Of a DNA stretch of 64,000 nt, positions 19,081 through 29,721 are shown piece by piece. The stretch is taken from the IMG/VR virus record IMGVR_UViG_3300044825_002216. The stretch is one strand, 5' to 3'. The position numbers and the translations under genes were made by a program. The DNA is from an uncultured virus (IMG/VR IMGVR_UViG_3300044825_002216). Taxonomy: Duplodnaviria > Heunggongvirae > Uroviricota > Caudoviricetes. Under the pieces are notes generated by a model. The model was given only the letters and a program-made list of their open reading frames with translations. It had not been told where the DNA came from and did not search any database. Within the stretch, counting starts at the first letter, position 1. The number at the start of each line of letters is the position of its first letter.

Positions 19081-19656
19081 TTACTGAAACGTCCGCACGA
19101 AGCGGAGAGTGATCTCGTTGAGCTCGAACGAGCGCGGACCCAGGGGGTTGCCTTCGGGGTCGAACTCCGATCCGAGCCAGGGGTTGAGTACCGACTCCCC
19201 GTACTCGCCCGTCCAGCAATCAGACTCGTCTCGCGGCGCGAGGCAGATGTGGTGCGGCCGGGCGTGCGTGTGCTTCCACTCGTACCAGTGGAGCACCTCG
19301 TGCCCGCAGACCGTCAGGAGCTGCGGGTCGCCGTGTGCGCAGGCGTAGTCGATGAACACCTCGTTGGTGCCGACCTCGTAGTAGCCGCCGCCATGCTCGC
19401 ACCGAGCGCCCGAATCGAACGTGCGCAGGATGAGGTGTGCTTCGCTCGTAGTGCCGAAGCGGAAGGTAGCCCCCGTCGGCGCGAGGATGGTGGTCAGCGC
19501 CGAGAGTGCCCGACGATGCTCCGGGCGCCAAGCGGTCGGCGCTCCCGGCACGTCGTCCTCGAAAGCGATCACGTAGCGCTCGCCCGTTGCAGGCAGGGCG
19601 GGGGGCTCGCACGCGGCGAGCAGGAGCGCGAACAGGACGAGGATCAGACGGCCCAT
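19081..19656 (-). CDS. lipoprotein zinc metalloprotease (metzincin-like)
   Basis: Lipobox LLAA-C after a hydrophobic signal; GHEVLH...HH...SVLNP. Confidence 0.7.
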   Translation of the reverse strand: MGRLILVLFALLLAACEPPALPATGERYVIAFEDDVPGAPTAWRPEHRRALSALTTILAPTGATFRFGTTSEAHLILRTFDSGARCEHGGGYYEVGTNEVFIDYACAHGDPQLLTVCGHEVLHWYEWKHTHARPHHICLAPRDESDCWTGEYGESVLNPWLGSEFDPEGNPLGPRSFELNEITLRFVRTFQ

Positions 19657-20858
19657 ACAGGTTGCCTCCGGGGCTGGGCGAAGTTCAGGTCGTACAGCCA
19701 TCCGTAGACGTGCCCGTTCGCGTTGTCGGACAGGACGTTCGTGTTGGCTGCGCTCACCGTACCAAGCGCCGACCCCGTGATGGAGCACTTCGTGACGGTG
19801 AGCCGGTTGCGGCCCATCGCTACGATGGTGGGTAGCCCGCCGCCGAACTGGACGAAAAACCGCAGCTCGTCCAGCGCATCCCATGTGAGCGGCGAGGTGG
19901 TGTTGTTGACGCCCCCCACTCGCACCGTCAGTACGCCCGTCGCGGTGTTGAGCGCGACGTAGTTACTAGCGTTCTGCCACCAGAGGTACGCGGTGCCTGT
20001 GTACCCGACGCTGCCGCGGGGGGAGTAGGTGAGCTCCAGCCCAAGCTGCCCACCTACGATGAACGGCGCGATGTACGCCGCGCCCATCGTCAGGTAGCGC
20101 GCGGGGCGCGTGCCTGACGGGAACCACTCCGTTGCGAACGGGAGCGCCTCCCGCTGCGCGAAGTCCACGTAGGCTGATCGCGCGCCGGGGGCGAGCCCCC
20201 CAAACGCAGTCTGGTCTCGCCCGTCTACTGGCACGATCGCAGACGAGGAAGTGGCAGTCCCCGTGGCAGCGAGGCGGGCCCACGAAGCAGCCGCGCCTCC
20301 GTTGTTCGGCACGCGCGGCGTTGGGGTCAGAAACAGGTTGAACCCGGGCGGCCCGCCGTTCGCTGAGAGCACGTAAGAGCTGACGGTGACGACTCCCGCC
20401 GACCCGCTGGCGGCGTTCTCTCCGACGCCGAACACCCCGCTGGGGGCGTCTACGCGCCATGCGTTCGTGCCCCCCAGCGGCGTAGTCTGCGCGGGCACCT
20501 GCGCGCGCGAAGCGCCCCCGCCCAACGCCCAGTTGGCCGTGCCGAAGTTCCGGGGGTCGAGCACGAGCTGCGTCGATGGGCCGTCTACGATCACCCCGCC
20601 GTTGCGCGTGTCGTCCGGGCGTCCCCACAGGATCGTGTTGGGGACTCCCGCAAGGAAGCTCACATCGAACACGAGGCCCGCGCCCCACTGAATCGTCTCC
20701 GAGCTGGCCGCCTTCGTGACGGTGAACTGAGGCATCCCCGTGAACGACGAGGCGAAGCCGAACGAGCTCACGCGGAAGGTGAAGCGTGCGGCGAAGATCA
20801 GGTCCGGGGGCGCGAGCCGCCCGCCCCCACTCATCAGGGCGCCGAGAAACTGCGGCAC
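19644..20858 (-). CDS. tail-associated or receptor-binding protein with beta-sandwich domains
   Basis: G/A/T/S-rich beta-type sequence; AQREALPFATEW motif; LamG-like C-terminus; lies after the fibre genes. Confidence 0.6.
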   Translation of the reverse strand: MPQFLGALMSGGGRLAPPDLIFAARFTFRVSSFGFASSFTGMPQFTVTKAASSETIQWGAGLVFDVSFLAGVPNTILWGRPDDTRNGGVIVDGPSTQLVLDPRNFGTANWALGGGASRAQVPAQTTPLGGTNAWRVDAPSGVFGVGENAASGSAGVVTVSSYVLSANGGPPGFNLFLTPTPRVPNNGGAAASWARLAATGTATSSSAIVPVDGRDQTAFGGLAPGARSAYVDFAQREALPFATEWFPSGTRPARYLTMGAAYIAPFIVGGQLGLELTYSPRGSVGYTGTAYLWWQNASNYVALNTATGVLTVRVGGVNNTTSPLTWDALDELRFFVQFGGGLPTIVAMGRNRLTVTKCSITGSALGTVSAANTNVLSDNANGHVYGWLYDLNFAQPRRQPVWAV

Positions 20859-20859
20859 G

Positions 20860-21141
20860 TCAGCCCTCCGCGACGATCTGCACGACGATACCCGAGGCGG
20901 CGGCCCCTCGCTTCAGCCACACGCGCGTAGTCCTCTGGCTGAACACCATCCCGGCGCTCGGAGTGCCAGGAGTGAGCTGTGCGTCGTCGCTCTGACCATC
21001 GAAGCTCACGAGGGCGTTCGCTCCCGTCGGTCCTTCGTTGACGACCGCGATGGACTTCGGAACGAATGGAATCACTACCTGTGGGGTGCCGGGGTAGCTG
21101 CTCACCGCATCGAGCGTGATGACCTGTCGGTAGATTGCCAT
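20860..21141 (-). CDS. small virion structural protein, putative
   Basis: MAIYRQVITL... beta-rich 93 aa; start ATG 21141. Confidence 0.65.
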   Translation of the reverse strand: MAIYRQVITLDAVSSYPGTPQVVIPFVPKSIAVVNEGPTGANALVSFDGQSDDAQLTPGTPSAGMVFSQRTTRVWLKRGAAASGIVVQIVAEG

Positions 21142-21148
21142 GCGACGA

Positions 21149-21478
21149 CTATAGCCTTGGAAGGACAAGCATCGGAAGCGTCCCCGTGTTTGGGAACGAC
21201 AGCTTGGCGGCGCCGATCGTGACCTCGTAGCGGTAGTCGTACTCGCCCGCCTGAAGGTCGCTGGCGGCGAACGAGGTATCCACGTACCCCAACGCTGCGT
21301 CGGAAAGCGTTGGGGTTTTCTCGATGCGGACACGGTAGACCCGGTGGACCGCCACGAACTTGATCGTGGCGCCATCGAGCCCTTCGGGGACCACACCGTC
21401 CTGCGCAAGCGTGTCCTTGAGCACCGGGAGCGTGTCCCCTTCGACGATGGTGAAAGCCGCGCAGCCGCAGTTACTCAT
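21149..21478 (-). CDS. BppU N-terminal-like (DUF2479-like) protein
   Basis: FTIVEGDTLP.L..TL...G.V...D...GEY..EVT..SFP pattern. Confidence 0.7.
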   Translation of the reverse strand: MSNCGCAAFTIVEGDTLPVLKDTLAQDGVVPEGLDGATIKFVAVHRVYRVRIEKTPTLSDAALGYVDTSFAASDLQAGEYDYRYEVTIGAAKLSFPNTGTLPMLVLPRL

Positions 21479-21637
21479 CTTCTCTCCGTACCACGGTTGT
21501 TTCGCCCCTCGACCGACCGCTCGCGCTCGTCGTCGAGAGGTTTCGGCTGCTGACGCTCGTTACCGCACGACGATTCACGCGAAACACGACGAGCGCTGCC
21601 GTTGCGCTCGAAGACCCGGTGCATGTCGCGCTGAACG

Positions 21638-24600
21638 TCAGGGGCCAATGACCAGCTCCGCGCTCACGATGTTGGCTTTGAACACCGTGCTGTTGGCGTC
21701 CACGAGGTACGCGATCAGGTTCTTGTCGCTGCCGAAGGAGCTGGAGAGGTCTGCGGAGATCACCTCCGTGGGCGCCACGCCGCTCGACGTGTTGAGCGTC
21801 GCGATGAGCGTCGCGGTGTCGTCGTACAGCGTGAGTTGGGCGTCCGCGGACAAGTCCTCCACCCACATCTGCGCGCGGAGCTTGATCGTGCGGCCACCCG
21901 TCAGGTCGTGCTCGGCCGTCTTGAACGACCCACCTCCGACGAAGATGGAACTGATGCCCACCGTGAAGAAGCCGCCCTTCACCAACGGCACGTAGGTGTA
22001 CGTCGGGCTCCCGCCACCACCGCCGCTCGGGTTCGCGTTGTACTGCCCGAGGATCAGCCACACGGAGCTCCGCGGAGCGAAGTCGTAGGCGTCGTTCCAC
22101 TTGAGCGTGATGGTGTTCTTGGCCGCGTCGTAGTCCGTGCCGCCGGACGTGTGCGCAGCGAGCGAGAGGTTCTGCTTGTTGGTCGGCCCGGTGTACTTCA
22201 CGCGCAGCCGTCGATCGGGCTGGAACCCCGTCGGGTTCGGCATCGTGACGGTGAACGTGGAGCCCGACCCTGGGATCACGATGGCAAGCGTGGTGTCCTT
22301 CGCGATGGTCGCCGTCGTCGTGATGAGCTGCACCCGCTCCGGCTGCGTCGTCGTCTCACCGTTGTAGGTGATCCCGGTGTCGATCTGGAGCGCGGCGCTG
22401 GTCGTGTCCGCGTAGATGACCGGGCCCTGCACGTTCACCGTGCCCGTCCCTGCGCCGGTCTTCTCGATGTGCTTCGTGGTGTTCGCCCCCGCCTTCACGC
22501 GCACATTGGCCCCGAGGTTCACCGTCTGGGCGCCGTCGATGGTCACGGGCGGGTTGGAGCCCGAGAGAGCTGCTGTCTCGTGCCGCGTGTTTGCTCCGAG
22601 GGTGACTACGGAGCCCGTCCCCGTGAGGTACACGCGCCCGCCGAGATGCTTGTCCGCGTCGAGCCCGTCCAGCACCGGGTTGAACACAACAGTGGCAGAG
22701 CTGGCGTAGATGGCGTCCGCTTGGGCCGAGCCCGAAGCGCCCGTAATGATGTGCCCGTCGTAGTAGACCCCGGCGCTCACCACGCGCAGAGCCTTCGCGG
22801 ACGATCCGCCGGGGGTGGTGAGCGCACAGCGAGTGGCACGCACGACGACCAGCCCGCCGAGCGAGCCGTCCACATGGAGGCTTGCGTAGGACGCGGAGGT
22901 GGCGGCGCAGTCCGACTCCACATCATCCAGCCACAGCTCTGCGTCTGCCGCGGGCCGCACGTAGATGGCGTCCACCGCAGCGCTCGCTTGAACGACGCGG
23001 CAGTGGGCGAGGCCCGCAATCGGCGTGTTGGGGCTAGACAACGGCTGGTAGTCCACTCGCCCCACGATGGTGTTGGCGCGGCGCGAGGCCCCGAGGCCCA
23101 CGATGAACGTGCCCGCGCGCAGCGTAGGGTTTTCCGTGATCGTGCCGGTGAAGAACCCGACGCGGGGGGCGAGCGCAGTGGCGCCGTCCGCTACCATGGC
23201 GTTCATCATCGCGGTCAGGGTGGCGTATTGCGGGTTCGACCCACCGGGCCCCGAGCCCGCGGGACCGGCGAAGTAGAAGGGCTCGCCCCCGAGCCAGCTT
23301 CCCCACGGCAGCCACGCGCTGCCCGAGTACCACTCGAAGCGCGCGTTGGTCGTGTTGAAGATCACGAGGGACGTGGCGGGAGAGCTGATCGCGTCGCGCT
23401 GCGTCGTCGTGAGGCGCGGCCCGAGCCACCCGGTCGTGGTGCTCTGCATCTCGAAGGACGCCGAGGCGTTCGCTGCTCCCGTGCCGACGATGAATCGCGT
23501 TTGCGCGCTCACCTCGCCGCTGACTCGGGAGATGTTCGAGATGCCGATGTGAACGCCAGACGTGAGCGTGAACTTCCGGGTGGACCCCGTGAGGATGTCT
23601 ACGCCAGTGGACGTGAGCTCCAGGCGGTTGTTCGTGGCGTTGCGCAGGGCGAGCGTCGCACCGCCCGAGAGCCGAAGGGGTACTCCGGTGGTCCCAAGCT
23701 CGTGCTGGCCGCTCAGGTATTCGTAGACGGTGACGAGCCCGGAGCCGGTGTCTTCGATGATCCGCGCGCCCGTCCCGAGGGTCACGTCTGCGGCGAACGT
23801 CTTGGCCCCCGTCACGGTCTGCGCCCCCGCGAGCTTCACGTAAAGCGCGTCGTTCGACCCCTCCAGCACCTCGCCTGCGGACGTGCCGAAGTCCGCTGCG
23901 AAGGTGTTGCCCGTGAGGGTTAGCCCCGCGCCCGCGCTGTAGATCGTTCCCGAGGGAGCGCTGTACCCGACCACACCCGCGGTCACGCCCAGGTACGTGC
24001 CGTTCGCACCCTTCGCCAACCGCGTCCACGCGCCCGCCTTGCGGACGATGACGTCCTCGTCCTGCTCCCCCGAGATGGCGAGCGAGATTACGCGGTTGGC
24101 CGACAAGTCCACCGCCGCGTATCCGCCTGCGATGGCGATGGGGCTCGTCCCCTGGAGCGTGCGAGTGGTGGGCACGAACGTCCCCACGGCTACGGCGTCG
24201 TCGTACAGACCCGCGCCGTCGAAGGCGATATCCCACGGGCCAGACCCGCCCACGATGCGGCCAATCAAACGGCGGTTTGTGCCCGCAGACGTGCTGGACG
24301 TGCCCGCCGTGTCCGCGAGGAAAACCTGTGCTCCCGACGACGGCGACCCACCGATCGTCGCTCCCTGGAACAGACCGCGCAGACGCACGTTGATGAGCGA
24401 CCCACTCGTGATCGAGCCGCCGTCAACCGCACCCTCCACGATGCCCAGCAGGCCGCGGGTGTTCCCCGTGGTGTCTGCCGCAGCCTTGACCCAAGTAGGG
24501 ACGACCTCTTGGCCCGGAAGACCGCTCTTGATCGTCGCCACACCGGAGAGTCGGACTACATCCCCTCGGGCCAGCGAAGCTCCAGCCTGGCCGACGACCA

Positions 24601-24997
24601 TTCCAGGGTCGGCCTTGGTTGCGTCGATGAGCCCGAGCGTGATGTTCGCCGAGGTAGCCCACCCTCGCGGGGCCGAGGCTGCCTCGTTGGTCTCCGACCC
24701 TGCCGGGATTCGGATGCGCGTCTTGAGGTGCCGGACAGCAGCAACGACCTGGTTGCTCAGGGTCGAGTTGACCACGAGCCGGAGCAGGTAGGTGCCTTCC
24801 TTCTTGGGCGTGAAGGTGACCGACGGCCCGCTCGAACCCGAAAGCACATCGGCAGTCCCGTCAGGCTGGTCGACGATGCTCCAGGCGTAGGTGATCTCAC
24901 CCCCTGCATCCTGATTGGTCAGGACGACGGAAGTGTCGATCGGTAGGTCGGTGTTGCTACCGGCTACCCCGTTGATCTTGATGATCGCAGCGGGCAC
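21638..24997 (-). CDS. long tail fibre or tailspike
   Basis: 1119 aa; PKD-like N-terminus, Gly-rich fibre repeats, PRLTTTQRDAISSPA module, beta-helix-like C-terminal half. Confidence 0.85.
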   Translation of the reverse strand: MPAAIIKINGVAGSNTDLPIDTSVVLTNQDAGGEITYAWSIVDQPDGTADVLSGSSGPSVTFTPKKEGTYLLRLVVNSTLSNQVVAAVRHLKTRIRIPAGSETNEAASAPRGWATSANITLGLIDATKADPGMVVGQAGASLARGDVVRLSGVATIKSGLPGQEVVPTWVKAAADTTGNTRGLLGIVEGAVDGGSITSGSLINVRLRGLFQGATIGGSPSSGAQVFLADTAGTSSTSAGTNRRLIGRIVGGSGPWDIAFDGAGLYDDAVAVGTFVPTTRTLQGTSPIAIAGGYAAVDLSANRVISLAISGEQDEDVIVRKAGAWTRLAKGANGTYLGVTAGVVGYSAPSGTIYSAGAGLTLTGNTFAADFGTSAGEVLEGSNDALYVKLAGAQTVTGAKTFAADVTLGTGARIIEDTGSGLVTVYEYLSGQHELGTTGVPLRLSGGATLALRNATNNRLELTSTGVDILTGSTRKFTLTSGVHIGISNISRVSGEVSAQTRFIVGTGAANASASFEMQSTTTGWLGPRLTTTQRDAISSPATSLVIFNTTNARFEWYSGSAWLPWGSWLGGEPFYFAGPAGSGPGGSNPQYATLTAMMNAMVADGATALAPRVGFFTGTITENPTLRAGTFIVGLGASRRANTIVGRVDYQPLSSPNTPIAGLAHCRVVQASAAVDAIYVRPAADAELWLDDVESDCAATSASYASLHVDGSLGGLVVVRATRCALTTPGGSSAKALRVVSAGVYYDGHIITGASGSAQADAIYASSATVVFNPVLDGLDADKHLGGRVYLTGTGSVVTLGANTRHETAALSGSNPPVTIDGAQTVNLGANVRVKAGANTTKHIEKTGAGTGTVNVQGPVIYADTTSAALQIDTGITYNGETTTQPERVQLITTTATIAKDTTLAIVIPGSGSTFTVTMPNPTGFQPDRRLRVKYTGPTNKQNLSLAAHTSGGTDYDAAKNTITLKWNDAYDFAPRSSVWLILGQYNANPSGGGGGSPTYTYVPLVKGGFFTVGISSIFVGGGSFKTAEHDLTGGRTIKLRAQMWVEDLSADAQLTLYDDTATLIATLNTSSGVAPTEVISADLSSSFGSDKNLIAYLVDANSTVFKANIVSAELVIGP

Positions 24998-25030
24998 AGA
25001 GCCTCCTGGCCGTCAGGGTAGCGCAGGCGG

Positions 25031-26182
25031 CTACGTGGTCTGGAAGTCGATCGCGAAGTCGATGGTCATGGTCCCAGACGTGGGCTGGGCCACGGTCGTG
25101 CCGTCGAACTTCTTGGGGTAGAAGCTGGCGATGGCCGCCTTCTGGCCAATGGCCGCCGCAACAGCAGCGGGAACAGTGGCCGCCGCGAGCGCTGTCTGGC
25201 TGCCGGAGTCGATGGTGAAGACCGACGAGTTGACCTCGCAGCTCCGCAGCTCGGTGTTGAGCGCGTAGGCAGCGCCCGCCTCTTCGGTTGCCTGTGCGAC
25301 CGCCGAAACCCTGGTGATGTTGCCGCCGATCACGTACGCGGTGGCGAAGCGAGCGAACCCGGCGCCTGCGTACCCCGTGGTAAAGGCCACGCTCACACCG
25401 GGCGGGGCGTTCAAGTAGTCGAGCGTGACTGCGGGCGGGCTGCCCGTCATCGCGAGGCGGATACGCCCGGTGACACGTCCGAACCCGCCGTTGGGGAACA
25501 GCAAGCTGCGGGTGTCCTTGATCTTGTTCTCGGCGATCGACGTAGCCGCAGCATCGACGAGAATCTCCGCGATCTTGACGTACCCAGCGCTGGTCGACGG
25601 TGCGGCCGGTACTCCGGCTGGAGTGCCCGTCTTGTAGTTGATGCTGGCCGAGCCGTTCAGCGACGTGCGCCCGTCCTGAATCCAGGCGAGCGTCTTGTTC
25701 ACGAGCGTGGGATCGAAGGCGCCAGTCCCGGTGTTCAACACGTCGCGCGACGTGTTGTCCGTGAGCCGACGGTCGTACTTCACCTCCACGATGTCGATGC
25801 GCGGGTTCGACGGGTCGGCGGCCGGGACAGTCAACGACTGACTCGTGCCCAGGAACATCGGCTTGTACGCGGACAGGTCGTTCAAGTTCAGGCAGCCCCC
25901 GATGTCCGCAGCCACATCGGAGAGGTTGTCCATGAACCCGTACCCGGCGCGAACGACGACCCCCATGGCAGCCGGAGACTCGGGGCCGACGCGGAAGCTG
26001 TCGCCCAGGAATCCCGTCGCCGGAGCGTTGGTCAGGACCGAGTTGCTGGCCCTCCCCGCGAGCAGATAGCGAAGCAGCTCCCGCAGGGTGCGGTTGATCT
26101 GCGACGCCTCGCCGTTCACATCGCTGCTCAACGGCCGCTCTCGGACGTTGATCGAGGTCTGATCCCAGGCGTTGTTTCCCAC
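25031..26182 (-). CDS. baseplate-proximal tail fibre or baseplate protein
   Basis: ADPSNPRIDIV...GTPA..PAAP..GYVKIAEILV..I.D.R motif common to phage minor tail proteins. Confidence 0.75.
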   Translation of the reverse strand: MGNNAWDQTSINVRERPLSSDVNGEASQINRTLRELLRYLLAGRASNSVLTNAPATGFLGDSFRVGPESPAAMGVVVRAGYGFMDNLSDVAADIGGCLNLNDLSAYKPMFLGTSQSLTVPAADPSNPRIDIVEVKYDRRLTDNTSRDVLNTGTGAFDPTLVNKTLAWIQDGRTSLNGSASINYKTGTPAGVPAAPSTSAGYVKIAEILVDAAATSIAENKIKDTRSLLFPNGGFGRVTGRIRLAMTGSPPAVTLDYLNAPPGVSVAFTTGYAGAGFARFATAYVIGGNITRVSAVAQATEEAGAAYALNTELRSCEVNSSVFTIDSGSQTALAAATVPAAVAAAIGQKAAIASFYPKKFDGTTVAQPTSGTMTIDFAIDFQTT

Positions 26183-26184
26183 GT

Positions 26185-27819
26185 CTATTCTCCGCGGAGT
26201 TCCAGCAGCACGGTGACACCGGCCGCCTTGATGGCGTTGAGGTTTTCCAGAAGCGTCAGGTAGAACTGCCGCTTGGGCAGGTCGAACCCATCGTAGCCGC
26301 CCTGGAGTCCGAGCGTGCTGTCCAACGTACTTGGCACGTCGTACGCGGAGATGGACCGCCGCCCTGTGATCTGCCCGGTCGTCACCGACCGATCAGTTTC
26401 GTCCATGGCCGTGTCGTCGTAAGCCATCCCCACGTCAGACTGCGCCGGGAGGTTGGGCACGCCGATGATGACCGTGCCCCGCATCTCCACGTCGTCCAGC
26501 CAGCGGTTCGAGATCGGGACCGCGGGGGTCGTCGGCCAGTCGAACACGAAAAGGTCTTTCCAGAGCGCGAGTCGGGACGAGAGCGGGTCCGACAGGTACG
26601 TCGGGGTTCCGACGTTCGGGCTCGGGTAGTCGTAGGCCGTCTGGTAGTCCTTCTCGAAGGTCTCCACGAAGTCGTACGTCAGCCCGTACAGGTCGAACAC
26701 CGAGTCGAGAAACCGGCGAAAGGCTCCTGGGCTCACCGTGTCGGGCAGGGTTCGCACGCGGTAGCGGTACTTCTCGTCAGGCTCCCCGACGCCGCGCTCG
26801 ATCCCACGGTCGGCGCCAATCTGGTCGAGTACGGGGGGCCGACCGCCTGTCGTCGGGTTGATGTTCTCGACGACGAATCCGGGCTCGATGAAGGTTCGGT
26901 TTCCAGTCGTCGGGTCACGCTGAATGGCGCTGCGGATCGTGTCGATCTCCCCTGGCAGTTCGATGTTCGAGACAGGCGTGATGAGCTTGCCGGGCACGTT
27001 GTACTGGAAGCTCTTGAACAACGATCGGATGGCAACCCCGACGGGGCCCAAGTCCGTCGAGCCGAACTCAGCGTCCTCCGTGGTGATGAATCCACGACCG
27101 GACTTCGAGCACTGCACGATGGTCCCCGCAGCGAGGGTCACCGCGCCAGCGTCGGCGTTCGGCCGAGTGAACTCGACAGTACCCGTGGCGTAGCTACCAC
27201 CCGCGGAAAACATCGAGAGGTTCAGCGTCTCGAAGTTGCAGATGGCCTGAGACATTCGCGCACCGACTTGAGCAGCAGCGCGGAACAGCTCGTACCCGCT
27301 ATTCGGGGTGTTCTTGAGCGGGTACAGGTACCACTCGGGCAGCATGTGATCGAAGACACGCAGGTAGTACGCCGCGTCGTTCACAGGAGCGTCTGATCCA
27401 CCGGGCCCCGGTCCGGGGACGGAGGGGAACACAGGGATGACCGCAGGCTCCGGGGGAGTCACCGGGTCGGTCAGGCTCCACGTTGCAGTCGTGGTCTGCG
27501 ATTGCCCAACCGTGTTGAACGCCCTGACCAGCAGGCGCGGGCCGTCGGGCCAGAAGGGCTCCCGCAAGAGCGTGTACCCATAGCCGTTCCCGTACGTCAT
27601 GTCGGTCACGGGAACGCGGAAGGAATGCGCTTGGTACGGCTCGGTGAAATCCGTGCCGTCGAACGCAACCTCCTCGATGCCCATGCCCGCGAAGTGGACG
27701 GACAGCGCGGTGTGCAGCAGCGTCCCTCCGTTCTCGTACACCTCGACGTAGACGACCTGGGCACGGTTGATCGCCGTGCTGGGCGTAGGGCTCGGAGTCG
27801 TGATGTGCGGGGCGGCCAT
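26185..27819 (-). CDS. baseplate wedge subunit
   Basis: ATGTVEFTR, LDQIGADRGIER..GEPDEKYRYRV and C-terminal IKAAGV motifs; follows baseplate J. Confidence 0.75.
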   Translation of the reverse strand: MAAPHITTPSPTPSTAINRAQVVYVEVYENGGTLLHTALSVHFAGMGIEEVAFDGTDFTEPYQAHSFRVPVTDMTYGNGYGYTLLREPFWPDGPRLLVRAFNTVGQSQTTTATWSLTDPVTPPEPAVIPVFPSVPGPGPGGSDAPVNDAAYYLRVFDHMLPEWYLYPLKNTPNSGYELFRAAAQVGARMSQAICNFETLNLSMFSAGGSYATGTVEFTRPNADAGAVTLAAGTIVQCSKSGRGFITTEDAEFGSTDLGPVGVAIRSLFKSFQYNVPGKLITPVSNIELPGEIDTIRSAIQRDPTTGNRTFIEPGFVVENINPTTGGRPPVLDQIGADRGIERGVGEPDEKYRYRVRTLPDTVSPGAFRRFLDSVFDLYGLTYDFVETFEKDYQTAYDYPSPNVGTPTYLSDPLSSRLALWKDLFVFDWPTTPAVPISNRWLDDVEMRGTVIIGVPNLPAQSDVGMAYDDTAMDETDRSVTTGQITGRRSISAYDVPSTLDSTLGLQGGYDGFDLPKRQFYLTLLENLNAIKAAGVTVLLELRGE

Positions 27820-29027
27820 TAGTACCCCAGCCCGTCAGGGTTGGCGCTTCCCTGGAGTGCGCGGTCGGGCTGCACGCTGGTGGCGACGATGAGGTTGATG
27901 CCGGAGCGAAGGACCGAGAGCGGCGGCACCACTACGTCGCCAGCCGGAGAAAGAATCTCCGCACCCGTCACTTCCAGCCCATTCACTGTCCGCAGGCGGG
28001 CGATCAGCTCAGAGACGAGCATGTCGTCTCCGGGGTTCAGCGAGTTGATGTAGGCCGCGAGCACGGCGCGAGCGTTCAGCGCTACGAGGTCCGCACTCAC
28101 GCCAGCCAAGAACCGCAGACCCAGCGTGACCGGCTGCAGAACGACCACCGCGACCTGAATCTGGACGTAGATGCCCCCGGCCCGAACGTCGTCCAGCGCG
28201 AGCGCAACGGAGTCTGCGAGCACCTGGCTCTGCGTCTGGTAGGTCGCCGGGGTGGGGTCGATATCAACCAAGTCGTCGGTGTAAGCGTCCGTGACGACCA
28301 AGTTTACGAACCGCGCGGGGCGTCCGAGTGCGTCCAGCCCCTCGAAGACGTTGGCCGTACGAACACCAGGGACGCTCAGTGCCGCGGCTTCGATCGCCTT
28401 GAGCGTTCCTCGGCGGGCAGTAGTGAAGAAGAGCCGGGCCCGTGCACGGAGCTGATCGTCCTCTTCCTCGTCGTCGGCACCGGCCGTCGCGAGCGGGTTC
28501 GTGACGCGAAGGTCGTCTGTCTGGTTGGTGATCTGCGACTGGATGCTCGTGATGGTGTTGGCGCGGGCTTGCTGGTCGGAGCCAGGGAGCGTCGAGCGGA
28601 CTTCGACCACGATCGGACCGACGGACCCCATCGGGAACGTCGCGTCAGCCCACGTCACGAACTGCCGCCCGTCGCTCGTCGCAACCACAGTCCCTCGCGG
28701 GATGGGCATGGTCGCGGGGGCGGGCGTCGTAGTCGTGAAGTTGACCGAACCGAGCGCCTGGGAAGCGGGCTTGCGGCTCAAGCCGTAGCGGTCGAACACC
28801 AGCCGGTCGAGCGTGGTGCCGCGCGCGGAGTCGAGGAACAGGCCCGCCTGAGCCCGGACCATCTGCGTCGTCAGGTCGTCGCCAACCGCCGCCATGCCAG
28901 CGGTGATGGCATTGGCATCCGACCCCTCACGCTCGATCACTTCGAGCGTGAGAGTGCTGTTCTTCGACAGCATCTCGTCTCGCGCGAGGCGCTGCTGGTC
29001 CGCGAACGTGGGGAAGTCCGGTGGCAC
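27819..29027 (-). CDS. baseplate J-like protein
   Basis: FLDSARGTTLDR, GADDEEEDDQLRARA, RGTLKAIEAAALSVPGV. Confidence 0.92.
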   Translation of the reverse strand: MPPDFPTFADQQRLARDEMLSKNSTLTLEVIEREGSDANAITAGMAAVGDDLTTQMVRAQAGLFLDSARGTTLDRLVFDRYGLSRKPASQALGSVNFTTTTPAPATMPIPRGTVVATSDGRQFVTWADATFPMGSVGPIVVEVRSTLPGSDQQARANTITSIQSQITNQTDDLRVTNPLATAGADDEEEDDQLRARARLFFTTARRGTLKAIEAAALSVPGVRTANVFEGLDALGRPARFVNLVVTDAYTDDLVDIDPTPATYQTQSQVLADSVALALDDVRAGGIYVQIQVAVVVLQPVTLGLRFLAGVSADLVALNARAVLAAYINSLNPGDDMLVSELIARLRTVNGLEVTGAEILSPAGDVVVPPLSVLRSGINLIVATSVQPDRALQGSANPDGLGY

Positions 29028-29067
29028 TAGGTTGTCCCTTTCAATGAGTCTGTGGTAGTCTCACGTT

Positions 29068-29703
29068 GTGGACATCACAGGCGTACGATTCGGACGGCTG
29101 ACTGTAGAAGGTCGAAGCACAAGCGAACAGCCCAAGAACGGATCGAAGTGGGTGTGCCGATGCGACTGTGGCGCGACTCGCGAGGTTGCTAGGGCGGCCC
29201 TGGTGTGCGGGAGAACGAGGAGCTGTGGGTGTTTGCGTAGGGAAGCCGCACGGCAAAACATCAAAGCGGCGACAGCAGGTGGCCCGACGTACGGGAACCT
29301 TCGCCACGGCGGGTCGAAAACTGCGGAGTGGCGTACGTGGTGCGACATTCGGAAGCGATGCGGAAACCCCAAGTCGCGGGCTTACGCCTATTACGGGGGT
29401 CGCGGGATCGCCGTTGATCCTCGATGGGAGTCCTTCGAGAACTTTTTGGCCGACGTTGGGCCTAGACCAGCAGGTGGATACACGCTGGATCGCATCGACA
29501 ACAACGGGCCCTACTCGCGCGAGAACTGCCGATGGGCTAACCGACTGGATCAGGCGAACAACCGTCGGTCCAACGTACGCCTTGTTATCGACGGCGTTTC
29601 TCACACCATCACAGAGTGGTCGCGCATCTGTGGAGTAGGACGAACCACGATCCAGGCCCGACTCAAGCGAGGGCTGAGTCCAAAAGCAGCGATGGAGCTT
29701 TAG
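29068..29703 (+). CDS. free-standing HNH homing endonuclease, antisense to the tail operon
   Basis: [43 protein letters not shown]; lower GC. Confidence 0.9.
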   Translation: MDITGVRFGRLTVEGRSTSEQPKNGSKWVCRCDCGATREVARAALVCGRTRSCGCLRREAARQNIKAATAGGPTYGNLRHGGSKTAEWRTWCDIRKRCGNPKSRAYAYYGGRGIAVDPRWESFENFLADVGPRPAGGYTLDRIDNNGPYSRENCRWANRLDQANNRRSNVRLVIDGVSHTITEWSRICGVGRTTIQARLKRGLSPKAAMEL

Positions 29704-29721
29704 GCCAGCCATTGGTGCCCT

